DNA of 64,000 nt from Vicinamibacterales bacterium (GTDB taxonomy: Bacteria > Acidobacteriota > Vicinamibacteria > Vicinamibacterales > JAMQPK01), in the NCBI GenBank assembly GCA_963850295.1, contig CAWKKU010000006.1, positions 92,240 through 156,239 on the forward strand, in the 5' to 3' direction. Positions 46,792 to 56,458 of the stretch are shown here, one piece after another (position 1 is the stretch's first letter; each line of letters starts with the position of its first letter). Under the pieces are notes generated by a model. That model saw only the letters and a list, made by a program, of their open reading frames with translations, was not told the origin of the DNA and did not search any database. The translations under genes and the position numbers were made by a program.

Positions 46792-48478
46792 GGATCTCCA
46801 CGAGTCCGGATGCGCCGTTCAGCCTGACACGCTGCCCGGTCTTGATCATCTGTGTCGCGGTCCTCGTGCCGACCACCGCTGGAATGCCGAACTCGCGCGA
46901 CACGACGGCAGGATGCGACAGCGCGCCGCCGGAGTCGGTCACGAGCCCGCCGATTTTGGTGAAGAGGACGACCCACGAGGGGCTGGTCATCTTGCAGACG
47001 AGCACCTCGCCCTTCTTGACCTGATCGAACTGGTCGGCCGAGTCGACGACCCGCGCGACGCCTTCGAACACGCCGGCAGAGGCGCCAAGCCCTTTGACCG
47101 ATCCGGCCGGCTGCTTTGCCGCGTCTTTGGATCGCTCGTAGATGCCGGGCCAGTCCCACAGGACCTGTTTGTATGGTTCTCCGTACATCGACCAGTCGGT
47201 AATCGTGCCGGCCCACAGAGGCGGGCGCGCCGCGAACGCCTTCTCGCGCTCCTTGCGGCGCTGCTTGACGATCGATTTCGCGTCGAACGTGGACAGGTTG
47301 GCGCTGAGCTTCCGCAGTTCGTCGTACTTCAGGAACATGATGTCGTCGGGCTGGTTCAAGCCGCCAAGCTCGACGAGCTTGCGGCCGACGCCCATCAGCA
47401 CCAGACGCATCCGCGCGTACGTGCCCTGATCCATATAGAAATGATGGTCGGGCGTGAGCGGCGTCATCTTCAGCGCGAGGTCGAGAGCCGTCTGCAGTTT
47501 GTCTCTGTCTTCCTGTGATGTCGTAGACGGCACCAGCGACCACATCTCCTTGATCGCCGTCTCGCGGTTGTCGCGCAGTTGACGCACGTCTTTTTCGTAG
47601 TCGTAGTCCGACAGCAGATAACCGCGCAGCGCCTCGACGATCGGCGTGGGGTTTTCGCGCCAGGTCACGTAGATGTATTCGTGCGCGTACATCGACTTGT
47701 TGCCGTATTCGTTCTTGTAGTCGTCGATCTGTTTCAGCAGCCCGCGTCCTTCGTCGGATCCTTCGAGCGCCTTCATCACTCCGTCGGCGGTGTCGTTGTC
47801 GTCGAACGCGCGCTTCAGCGCGGCGCTCTGCTTCACGGTGTTCTTCAGCTTCCACAGCTCGCGGACCGAGTCCCAGTTGCGATCTTCGTCGGAAATCAGA
47901 ATGCGGCCGATCAGGGGCTTGTGCTGTTCCCCAATCATCGGGATGAGGACGCTCTCGAAGGTGATTGACGCCTGAAACTGCGCCAGGTTGAGCATCCAGT
48001 GAAGACGCCAGTGGCGCTCCTGGATGTCGATCGCCTCCTCGAGCAGAATCATCAGCTCGGGCAGCGACGCGGTGGTCATCGGAAACGTGTCGAGATACTC
48101 GAAGTTGCGCAGGATCTCCGGCAGATACCGCCGCTTCCACCAGTCGAGGAACTTGTCGGCGTAGACCGGCATCACCATGTTGTAGTACGACCACAACTCG
48201 CCTTCTTCCGCGGCCGGCCGCGGCACGACGGCGCTCAACAGGTAGCCGTTCACCGTCTTGGCGACCCAGTCCTTGCCGAACGGCACGCCGAACCGGCGAT
48301 ACATGTAGTTGCACGTCAGCCACCAGCCACCAATGTCGAACCACATCGGCGAGATCGGCTGGGGGCAGTGCAAATCGTCCAGCCAGAAGTGCAGATTCCT
48401 CTCGGCCTCGTCTTTCCACTCAATTGGCGTCGTCGCATCACCAAAGAACCGGTCCAGAATTTTGTCTCGATCACGCAT
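46784..48478 (-). CDS. PEP-utilising enzyme, mobile phospho-His domain protein (PpsA-like subunit)
   Basis: 564 aa, intact. C-terminal swivel domain GEVLVCKMTSPSWVVLFTKIGGLVTDSGGALSHPAVVSREFGIPAVVG contains the phospho-His context. Confidence 0.8.
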   Translation of the reverse strand: MRDRDKILDRFFGDATTPIEWKDEAERNLHFWLDDLHCPQPISPMWFDIGGWWLTCNYMYRRFGVPFGKDWVAKTVNGYLLSAVVPRPAAEEGELWSYYNMVMPVYADKFLDWWKRRYLPEILRNFEYLDTFPMTTASLPELMILLEEAIDIQERHWRLHWMLNLAQFQASITFESVLIPMIGEQHKPLIGRILISDEDRNWDSVRELWKLKNTVKQSAALKRAFDDNDTADGVMKALEGSDEGRGLLKQIDDYKNEYGNKSMYAHEYIYVTWRENPTPIVEALRGYLLSDYDYEKDVRQLRDNRETAIKEMWSLVPSTTSQEDRDKLQTALDLALKMTPLTPDHHFYMDQGTYARMRLVLMGVGRKLVELGGLNQPDDIMFLKYDELRKLSANLSTFDAKSIVKQRRKEREKAFAARPPLWAGTITDWSMYGEPYKQVLWDWPGIYERSKDAAKQPAGSVKGLGASAGVFEGVARVVDSADQFDQVKKGEVLVCKMTSPSWVVLFTKIGGLVTDSGGALSHPAVVSREFGIPAVVGTRTATQMIKTGQRVRLNGASGLVEILG

Positions 48479-48494
48479 AAGAGGCCTCGCTGTA

Positions 48495-48575
48495 GCGAAA
48501 AACGAACATCGAAGAACGAAAAGAGCACGCGTATCACGCGTATATTTTTCGGTTTACCTTTTTCGATTTTCGTTC
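48495..48575. repeat. hairpin-forming element of GAACGAA/TTCGTTC-family units
   Basis: gcgaaaaacgaacatcgaagaacgaaaagagc (48495-48526) faces cctttttcgattttcgttc (48557-48575). The loop holds ACGCGT-type palindromes. Same unit family as 50391-50432. Confidence 0.7.
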
Positions 48576-48961
48576 AGGGCCTGCATGCTAAACGTGCTCA
48601 CCTGGGCCGCGAGCAGGCCGTGCCGCGTGATGTATGCGTCAGCGCCCCGGTACGGTTTCGTCAGAAAATCCGCATCGACTCTCCATTGCAGGTTCACCGT
48701 ATCGCCGACAGTGAACACATGTTCCGGAGTGAATGTCACGCCAAGCAATCCGCCGTCCTTGAACGGGGCGGTCATGCCCCGGAACGCGTCGCCAACCTGC
48801 TCGCGCCCGCGAATAACCACGCCGGCCGGCAGGAAAATTTCCACGTCATCGGGGTACTGGGCCATCAGGCGGTTCCAGTCGCCCCGATTGAGCGCGTCGA
48901 GATGCTCGTCAACGACCGCCCGCGGCGTTGGCCGCGTCACGAGCTCGGGCATGTGTGCCAT
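48554..48961 (-). CDS. SnoaL-like / NTF2-fold protein
   Basis: 135 aa. VVDEHLDALNRGDWNRLMAQYPDDV is typical of SnoaL-like domains. RBS GGAGGAG. The last codons run into a repeat element. Confidence 0.6.
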   Translation of the reverse strand: MAHMPELVTRPTPRAVVDEHLDALNRGDWNRLMAQYPDDVEIFLPAGVVIRGREQVGDAFRGMTAPFKDGGLLGVTFTPEHVFTVGDTVNLQWRVDADFLTKPYRGADAYITRHGLLAAQVSTFSMQALNENRKR

Positions 48962-48980
48962 GGCTCTCCTCCAAACACGA

Positions 48981-49008
48981 AAGGCGCCGGTTTGGTAACC
49001 AGCGCCTT
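48981..49008 (-). terminator. Rho-independent terminator candidate after NHL gene
   Basis: Minus-strand AAGGCGCTGGTT-acca-AACCGGCGCCTT (12-bp stem, one mismatch) is followed by TCGTGTTTGG. Confidence 0.55.
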
Positions 49009-49016
49009 CCCAGATT

Positions 49017-49068
49017 CGACGATGGACGATGGACGATGGACGATGCGACGATGGACGATGGACGATCG
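49017..49068. repeat. tandem heptamer array (GGACGAT)n
   Basis: cgac gatggac gatggac gatggac gatgcgac gatggac gatggac gatcg lies directly after the NHL stop at 49072. Confidence 0.85.
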
Positions 49069-49071
49069 CCG

Positions 49072-50277
49072 TCAGTTCGTCGTCGCGGGTACCGCGCCGA
49101 TCCCTTTGTAATTGAATTTCTGCAGGCGCTTGCCCTCGTACGTCTCGACCGTATAGATGTTCCCCTTCGAGTCGAGCGACACGTTGTGGGGCGCGTAGAA
49201 CTGGCCGGGGCCGCGCCCGCCGCTGCCGAAGTGGCTGACGACCTGCAGCGGATCACGCAGCAGCGTCCAGATGCGATGGTTCGCGCCGTCTGAAATGAAC
49301 AGATGCCGCTGCGGCTTGTCGTTCGAGAAGGCGATATCGAAGATGACGCCGTCGCCGAGCGTGTTCTTGGCGACCTGCGTCTCCTTGACGAACGTGCCGT
49401 CTTTCCTGAAGACCTGGATGCGATTGTTCGCGCGGTCGCAGACATACACGAGTCCGTCGGCGGCGATCGACGCGCAATGCACCGTGCGAAACACTTTGGG
49501 CAGCGGCGCTGCAGGATCGTACGGGCCCGGGTCGGTATCGTCCGGCTTGTTGCCGTAGGCCCCCCAATGACGTTTGTAAGCGCCGGTGTCGGCGTCGAAG
49601 ACGATGACGCGGCGATTGCCGTAGCCATCGGCCACATACACCTCGTTCGCGGCAAGGTCGACTTCCGCTTCGGCGGCGCGGTTGAGGTTGGCCGTGTCGG
49701 TGTTCCCCTTGCTCTGGCCTTCGCGGCCGACCTGCAGCAGGAACTTGCCCTGGCGCGTGAACTTCAACATCTGATGCCCCTGATTCGTGGTGAGCCAGAC
49801 GTTGTCCTTGCCGTCAACGGTGACGCCGTGCATCGACGTCGGCCACTGGTAGCCGGCTCCGGGTCCACCCCATGACGACACGAGGTTGCCGCCAGGGTCG
49901 AACTCGAGCACCGGCGGCGCGACGTCGCAGCAGATCTCCGAAATACGGCGCTTGTCGCCCGGCTGGGGCGGGGGCGAGCCTCCCGGCTGCTGCATGCCGT
50001 TGGTGCCGGCGACCATGCCCGCTTCTTTCGGGGCGACGTTGCCGCGATGGGTGATCCAGACGTGATCGCGGGAGTCGACGCTGAGGCCGACGACCGATCC
50101 CATCACCCAGCTGTTCGGCAGCGGCTTCGGCCAGAACGGATCCACTTGATACATCGGCGCCTGAACCGTCGGCCGCGATTGCGCCGAGGTGGCGGTGTGA
50201 AGGGCGTATTGCGCAATCGCGAGCACGCTGCCGAGCGCGAGGATGCTGATGCCCGTTTTATAGTGGCGGCTCTTCAT
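49072..50277 (-). CDS. NHL-repeat beta-propeller protein, secreted
   Basis: 401 aa, intact. Signal peptide. NHL-like units (SMHGVTVDGKDNVWLT, EVYVADGYGNRRVIVFD, LVYVCDRANNRIQVF, FYAPHNVSLDSKGNIYTVE). Confidence 0.75.
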   Translation of the reverse strand: MKSRHYKTGISILALGSVLAIAQYALHTATSAQSRPTVQAPMYQVDPFWPKPLPNSWVMGSVVGLSVDSRDHVWITHRGNVAPKEAGMVAGTNGMQQPGGSPPPQPGDKRRISEICCDVAPPVLEFDPGGNLVSSWGGPGAGYQWPTSMHGVTVDGKDNVWLTTNQGHQMLKFTRQGKFLLQVGREGQSKGNTDTANLNRAAEAEVDLAANEVYVADGYGNRRVIVFDADTGAYKRHWGAYGNKPDDTDPGPYDPAAPLPKVFRTVHCASIAADGLVYVCDRANNRIQVFRKDGTFVKETQVAKNTLGDGVIFDIAFSNDKPQRHLFISDGANHRIWTLLRDPLQVVSHFGSGGRGPGQFYAPHNVSLDSKGNIYTVETYEGKRLQKFNYKGIGAVPATTN

Positions 50278-50390
50278 GATGAGTCTCTTTTTCTTGATTG
50301 TCGCGGGGCCCCACCCCCACGACCTGCCACCGCTCGCTAGCGCTCGCGGCGTTGTTTGCGACGTGATCTGTTCAGTGCGGGGTATTGTTA

Positions 50391-50432
50391 TTCCTTTTTC
50401 GTTCTTCGTTCTTCGTTCTTCGTTACTCGTTC
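50391..50432. repeat. tandem heptamer array (GTTCTTC)n
   Basis: ttcctttttc gttcttc gttcttc gttcttc gttactc gttc abuts the reconstructed cyclase stop. Confidence 0.8.
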
Positions 50433-51159
50433 AGAATCGCCACCGCGCGAACGGGAGCGGCAGATGCGCCGCGCCACTTCACCGGCAGGACGCTGACCGT
50501 GAACGAGTGATACGGCGCCGGAATCTCGTCGAGATTGCACATATTCTCGAGATGGTAGGTACTCGCGCTCGCGCATCACGCGGTGCGCCTCCCAGAACTT
50601 CTTCCGCTCGAACATCTTCGCGACCGGCGGATCGAAGCCGATGGCGTCGATGCCCATCACCTTCACGCCGCGATCCAGCAGGTAATGCACCGACTCTTTG
50701 GTCATGCCAGGGTGGTTGCTCAGGTACTCTTTGTCGAGGCGCTTCTTTGCCGCGTCCGTGCGCAGCAGGACGATGTCGAGTGCTTTGATTCTGTAGCCGC
50801 CCAGTTTCTTTTCCGCCTCTTCGATATCGCTGACGGTAATCTCCTCGCCGGCGGCTTTATGCGTGAGGTCGAGCACCACGCCGTCGCCGTAGCAATATTC
50901 GATGGGAATCCCCTCGGCGCGCGGCGCCGTCGGATTCGACGTGACCCCACGAATCGATGTGCGTGCCGATGTGATCGCCGGTGACGATCATGCAGTGGTT
51001 GGTGATCTCATGCACGCCGAATTTGTCGGTGCCGACGCTCTTCGCCATCTGACTGTAGGTTTCCATCTCGACGATGACCGGTTTGGCGACGTTCGGATAG
51101 GTCATCATCCCCTGAAACACTTCCATGCTCAAATCAATCAATCGTGGTCTGTTTGCCAT
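50423..51159 (-). CDS. cyclase family protein (kynurenine formamidase-like fold), two frameshifts
   Basis: ATG 51159. HIGTHIDSWGH metal motif, VKVMGIDAIGFDPP and LPVKWRGASAAPVRAVAIL. Frame changes near 50930 and 50565. Reconstructed stop TAA at 50423-50425. Confidence 0.75.
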
Positions 51160-51173
51160 TCAGCGAATTTCCT

Positions 51174-51207
51174 AATCCCCAATCCCCAATCCCCAATCCC
51201 CAATCCC
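51174..51207 (-). repeat. (GGGGATT)4-GGGATT tandem repeat, G-quadruplex candidate on the transcribed strand
   Basis: The plus strand reads AATCCCC x4 plus AATCCC. It sits between the SDR stop (51213) and the cyclase start (51159), 14 nt upstream of that ATG. Confidence 0.85.
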
Positions 51208-51212
51208 GATCG

Positions 51213-51968
51213 CTATTTACCTTCCCATCCGCCATCCACGTGTATGGACTGGCCGGTCAGGTAGCTCGCCTCGTCTGAGGCAAAAAATGCCGTCACCGTG
51301 CCGATTTCGCGAGGTTGGCCGGCGCGGCCGAGCGAGATCTGCTGCAGCACGAGCGGAAGGATGTCGGGGCTTTTCATGACCCATGCGGTCATGTCGGTGT
51401 CGATCAGCCCGGGATGCACGCAGTTGACGCGGATGCCCTGCGGCGTCATCTCCGCCGACATGTTGCGCGTCAGCGCCTCGAGCCCGAGCTTCGTCGGGGC
51501 GTAGTGGGTGCGCCCCGGCAGCACTTTGGCCGCCTGAATCGAGCCGATGTTCACGATGCTGCCCTTGCGCTTCTCGGCAAGCGCTCTGCGGCAGAACACC
51601 TGAGAGCACAACCACGCGCCGCGCAGGTTGACGTCGACCAGACGCGTCCACTGCTCGTCGGTGAGCTCCAGGAAGGGGACAATGGTCTCGATTCCCGCGT
51701 TGTTGACGAGGATGTCGAGGCCGCCGAGTTCTTTCCACGCCTTGTCGATCATCGATTCGACGTCAGCGCGCTTGGCCACGTCGCCCTTGACGGCGATCGC
51801 CTTCACGCCTTTGGCCTTGGCGGCCTTTGCCACCTCTTCCGCCTGCGCTGCGCTTTCGACGTAGTTCACCGCGACGTCGGCACCTTCTTCGGCGAACACT
51901 TCAGCGATGCCGCGGCCGATGCCGCGGCTCGCACCGGTGATGAGGGCTTTCTTGCCTTTGAGTCTCAT
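51213..51968 (-). CDS. SDR family oxidoreductase (glucose 1-dehydrogenase / 3-oxoacyl-ACP reductase-like)
   Basis: ATG 51968. TGASRGIGRG, NNAG and YAPTKLG (YxxxK). Intact. Confidence 0.85.
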   Translation of the reverse strand: MRLKGKKALITGASRGIGRGIAEVFAEEGADVAVNYVESAAQAEEVAKAAKAKGVKAIAVKGDVAKRADVESMIDKAWKELGGLDILVNNAGIETIVPFLELTDEQWTRLVDVNLRGAWLCSQVFCRRALAEKRKGSIVNIGSIQAAKVLPGRTHYAPTKLGLEALTRNMSAEMTPQGIRVNCVHPGLIDTDMTAWVMKSPDILPLVLQQISLGRAGQPREIGTVTAFFASDEASYLTGQSIHVDGGWEGK

Positions 51969-52013
51969 GGTTGTCCCTGGCACGGCCTGTCGGCAGGCTT
52001 GCCTGAAAGTGAC

Positions 52014-52044
52014 CCCGTGAATGCGACAGGCTCGCATTCACGGG
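52014..52044 (-). terminator. 12-bp perfect hairpin CCCGTGAATGCG-N7-CGCATTCACGGG
   Basis: Lies between the isomerase stop (52063) and the SDR start (51968). No U-tract, so it may be an attenuator or processing site rather than a terminator. Confidence 0.4.
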
Positions 52045-52062
52045 ATGCTGGTGCGTCCTGGA

Positions 52063-52965
52063 TTATGAGCGGAAAGTATAGCCGAGCGTCTGCAAGTACT
52101 TCTTGCTGATCTCTGCGGTCTGGCGCGGCGTGTAGGGCATGTTCGCAGAGCCGTCGAGCTCGTGCATGATGTTTGCGTTCGGATTCGCCTTCTCCATCGT
52201 CTCGAGGACCGACTTGAGGTCGACCTTGCCCTCGCCGAGCGGCGTGTAGCCGCCCATGTGTTCCCAGCCGCTGAAGTCTTTCAAGTGCATGTGGTCGATG
52301 ATCTTCGCGAAGTCCTTCACCATCTGCGCCGCGTCGGTGCCGCCCTTCTGCGCCTGGCCGATGTCGGGGGCGAAGTGCATGTAGCGCGTGTCGATCGCAT
52401 TCAGGACTTCGTAGGTCTCCTCACGGGTCTCCACGGCTGTCCCGGTGTGCTGGTGCAACCCGGTGCCGAGGCCCATGTCGTTGACCGCCTTGCCGTAATC
52501 GTTCAGGGCCGAAATGATGTTGGCCTTGTGCTCGGCGAAGACATAGCCCTTGCGCGGGCCATTTGGCGACTGCACGATGTAGCTGCCGCCGTGTTTCTTC
52601 AAGACCTTCGCGTAGCGCTGGAGCATCTCGATTTGCTCCTTCCGCTGCGCGGGATCGGTCACGTTCACGGTGACGAACGCCGACTTCAGCGGAATCGGAT
52701 ATTTGGCGAGCAGGGCCTCCAGCGTGCCTTTCTTGTCGTAGTCCTCGAGGATCGACGCGAACGTCTCGAAACTGTGGTAGCCGAGCTCGCTCGCGTCTTT
52801 CAGCGAAGGCTCGAGGTTCTCCGGCGTGCGCGGAACGGCGCCCCAGATCAGCATCGTGATGCCGATCTTGAGGCGTTTGGGGGACGCCTGCGCCAGAGCA
52901 AACTCCGGAAGCGCCGCTGCACCCATTCCGGCCAGGAGAGTCTTCGTGAAAGTTCGACGGTTCAT
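52063..52965 (-). CDS. sugar phosphate isomerase/epimerase (xylose isomerase-like TIM barrel), Tat signal
   Basis: MNRRTFTKTLLAGMGAAALPEFALA is a Tat leader. HMHLKD and GEGKVDL are typical of AP_endonuc_2/TIM-barrel family members. Intact. Confidence 0.8.
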   Translation of the reverse strand: MNRRTFTKTLLAGMGAAALPEFALAQASPKRLKIGITMLIWGAVPRTPENLEPSLKDASELGYHSFETFASILEDYDKKGTLEALLAKYPIPLKSAFVTVNVTDPAQRKEQIEMLQRYAKVLKKHGGSYIVQSPNGPRKGYVFAEHKANIISALNDYGKAVNDMGLGTGLHQHTGTAVETREETYEVLNAIDTRYMHFAPDIGQAQKGGTDAAQMVKDFAKIIDHMHLKDFSGWEHMGGYTPLGEGKVDLKSVLETMEKANPNANIMHELDGSANMPYTPRQTAEISKKYLQTLGYTFRS

Positions 52966-53080
52966 GAGACACACGTCCTTTCAGATTTGGATACGGCGAT
53001 TCTAATCGAGTTTACTTTAACGGTAAAGTTGAGTTACAACAGGGACTGACCGCAAAAACCTCACATCTACAGGAGATCCT

Positions 53081-56000
53081 ATGCAGCCTGTGACTCGTCC
53101 TTCCACCCTCCTCTTTATATACCTGTGCGCCGTCGTTCTGGCTGCACCAGCCGCCGCTCAGGTGCGGTATGGCTCGATTGTCGTGGAAGTGACCGATCAG
53201 AGTGGCGGTGCGGTGCCCGGCGCCGACGTCACGATCACGCAGACCGCCACCGGCCTCACCCGCAATGGTGTGTCGAACGAGACGGGTCTGGCGACGCTGC
53301 CGACGCTGCCTCCGGGTTCGTATTCGGTGAGGGTCAGCTTGTCTGGCTTCAAGGAGTTCGTCACTTCCGGTGTCGAGGTCAGTGAAGACAGCGTGGTTCG
53401 AGTGGGCAGCGTTCTGGAGGTTGGGCAGCTATCCGATACCGTAACCGTCACCGCGGGTGTCGCCGTTCTTCAAACCGACCGCGCCGACGTCCGTGCCGAA
53501 ATCCCTGCCACGCAGCTCGAAAACCTGCCGGTGCCGGTCGGCCGGAACTATCAGAACCTCTTCGTCACGGTGCCGGGCATTTCGCCGCCCGAAAACATGC
53601 ACTCGGTGGCGGTGAACCCCGCACGCGGCCTCGCGTTCAGCTCGAATGGAACGACGCGCAACGCGAACGCGATTCGTATCGAAGGCGCGATCTCGAACAA
53701 CCTGTGGCTGCCGCACGTGGCCGCCTATGTGCCGGCGCTCGAAGCCATCGAATCGGTCGGTGTGACGACGAGCACGTTCGACGCGGATCAGGGACTCTCG
53801 GGCGGCATGTCGGCGAACGTGCTGATCAAGAGCGGCACCAACGAGCTGCATGGGTCGGCGTTCGAGTACTTCTACAACGAGTCGATGAAGTCGCGGCCCT
53901 ACTTCCTGCCGGCAAATCAGAACAAGCCGGAGGCGCGGCAGAACCAGTTCGGCGGCACGCTCGGCGGCCCGCTGGTCCGGAACAGACTGTTCTTCTTCGG
54001 CAGCTACCAGGGCACGTTCGACCAACAGCTCGCATCGCGGTTCGGCACCGTGCCGACGGCGGCGATGCGCAACGGCGATTTCTCCGCCTCGCCGACGCCG
54101 ATTTACGACCCGGCGACCGGCAACACGTCCACCGGCGCGGGACGCACGGCATTTCCGGGCAACGTCATTCCGCGCGACAGGTTCGAGCCGATCGCGCTGA
54201 AGTTGATCGAAGATTTGCCGCTGCCGAATCAGCCGGGCCTCACCGACAACTACTTCGTGACGGGCGATTACACGTTCGATCGCCACAATGTCGACGCGAA
54301 GATCAACTACAACCCGACGAATCGGCTCGGGCTGACCGCGCGCCTCGGCTGGCTCGGCTACAACTTCAAGAACCCGGCAATGTTCGGTACGCTTGGCGGA
54401 CTGCCGGTCAACAACACGGCGGCGAAGGCGGGCACCGGCCTCGGTGACACGTACACGTTCACGGGCAGCGGCTCGTACGTGCTTTCGCCGAATTTCCTGA
54501 TCGATACCTACGCGGGGATCACGACGATCGAAGTGCTCTCCGAGCCGGATCGCCTCGACGAGAACCTCGGTCTCGATTACCTCGGCATTCCCGGAACCAA
54601 CGGTCCGGACCGCCTGTACGGCGGGTGGCCCCACTTCGAGATCACCAACTACTCGAACATCGGCTATGCCGGCAGCGGCAATTCGCCCTACATCGACGAC
54701 AACTGGCAGGTGCAGTACACCGGCAACGCGACCTACACGAGAGGGGCGCACACGTTCCGTTTCGGCGGCGACATCGTCCGTCAGGCGATGAACCGGCACG
54801 AGCTCGGAAACGGCTCGGGGCAGTTCGCGTTCGCGGGCGGCCCGACGGCGCTCTCCGGCGGTCCATCGGTGAACCAGTTCAACACCTTCGCCTCGTTCCT
54901 GCTCGGTCTGCCGACGGGCGTGTCGAAGAGCATCATCCCGTTCGAAGAGGGATACACGCGGAGCCGAAACTGGCAGTTCAGCTTCTTCGCGAAGGATCAG
55001 TGGCAGCCCACGCCGAACCTCACCGCGTCGCTCGGCCTTCGCTACGACTATTTCCCCGTAGGCGTGCGAACGACGCGCGGCATGGAGCGCTACGACCTCG
55101 ACACCAATACCATGCTCATTTGCGGCCTCGGGTCGGTGCCGGCCGACTGCGGCTACGACATGGGTCCCGGCAACGTGTCGCCGCGTCATCGGCCTCGCCT
55201 ATCGAGTGGGCGACAACATCGTCCTTCGCGGCGGCTACGGCATCAACTACGACCCGTATCCACTCGCATTCGTCCGCAACCTGCTCGGCAACTATCCGTC
55301 TTCGATTTCGTTGAGCCTGCCGCAGGCCAGCTCGTTCGCGCGCTGCCGGACGGCTCCGCGACGGTATTCCCGCCGTGCCGGTGCCCGACGTGAGCAGCGG
55401 CGTGATTCCAGTGCCGCTGAACGTCAGCGCACGCGCGCTGCCGGACCAGCCGAAGCGCGGATACATCCACTCGTGGAACGTGACCGTGCAGTCGGAGCTG
55501 CCCGGAGGGTTCACGGGACAGGCCGGATACGTTGCGACGCGGCAGCGCGACATCAACCAGATCATGGACGCCAATGCCGGACAGGTGATCGGCGCGGGCA
55601 ACTCCGGACGGCCGCTGTTCCAGCGGTTCGGCCGGACGGGCGCGACCGGCATTCTCAGCAACCCGGGATGGAGCGACTACGATTCGCTGCAGACGTCGGT
55701 GATGCGGCGGATGGCGCAGGGCTTTCAAATGAATGTCGCGTATACGTGGTCGAAGGCGTTTGGTATCTGCTGCGACACCCTCAGCGACGGGGCGCCTCGC
55801 GTGCAGGCGCTGGAGTATTTCGAGCTGAACGAGGCGCTGCTGCCGCAGGACCGCCCGCACAACTTCCAGGCGTCGTTTGTCGCGGAGCTTCCGTTCGGAA
55901 CGAACAAGCCATTCCTGAACAGCGGCGGTGCCGCATCGGCGATCTTCGGCGGCTGGCAGGTGAACGGCCTCTTCAGCGCGTATTCAGGGTCTCCGTTCAC

Positions 56001-56437
56001 GATCGAGTCGGCGGCGACGTCGCTCGACATGAACGGCAGCAATCAGATGGCCGATCAGGTGAAGGACACGGTCGAGATCCTCGGCGGAATCGGACCAGGC
56101 AATCCGTGGTTCGACACGACGGCGTTCCGTCCCGTCACCGAACGGCGCTTCGGCACCGCCGGCTTCAACAGCATGCGCGGGCCGGGTTTCGCCAACTTCG
56201 ACATGAGCGTGTTCCGGCAGTTTGCGCTGGGCAGCTGCCCGGACGCTCCAGTTTCGCCTCGAAATCTTCAACCTGACCAACACGGCGCATTTCGCCAACC
56301 CGTCGGCGAACGCGTCGAACGCCGCCAACTTCGGGATTATCACGAGCACGGCGAACAGCGGGCGCGAGGGGATTGACGAGCGGCTGTTCAGAATAGGGTT
56401 CAGGTTTGGGTTACTGAGAAGAATTTCTTCTCTGTGA
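53081..56437 (+). CDS. TonB-dependent receptor-like outer-membrane protein with N-terminal CarboxypepD_reg domain, at least four frameshifts
   Basis: Signal peptide. [22 protein letters not shown]...[14 protein letters not shown] (Carboxypeptidase regulatory-like), then a plug/barrel region. Frame changes near 55188, 55340-55358 and 56235. A 1-nt correction near 56408 would give the barrel-typical ending FRFGY with stop at 56415-56417. Confidence 0.8.
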
Positions 56438-56455
56438 CCTCTGTGCTCTCTGTGG
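56427..56455. repeat. CTCTGTG-family heptamer array
   Basis: cttctctgtgacctctgtgctctctgtgg. Same family as 32971-33039 and 30825-30850. Confidence 0.8.
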
Positions 56456-56458
56456 TTA

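Noticed and set aside
51174-51207. Telomere-like repeat (AATCCCC)n as evidence of a linear replicon end or eukaryotic contamination
   Set aside because: There are only five units, embedded between two ordinary co-directional bacterial genes. The flanking sequence is continuous coding DNA.
53429-55189. 586-aa minus-strand ORF opposite the TonB-dependent receptor
   Set aside because: It is an antisense shadow ORF with Arg/Val/Glu-rich composition. The plus strand carries CarboxypepD_reg and barrel motifs.
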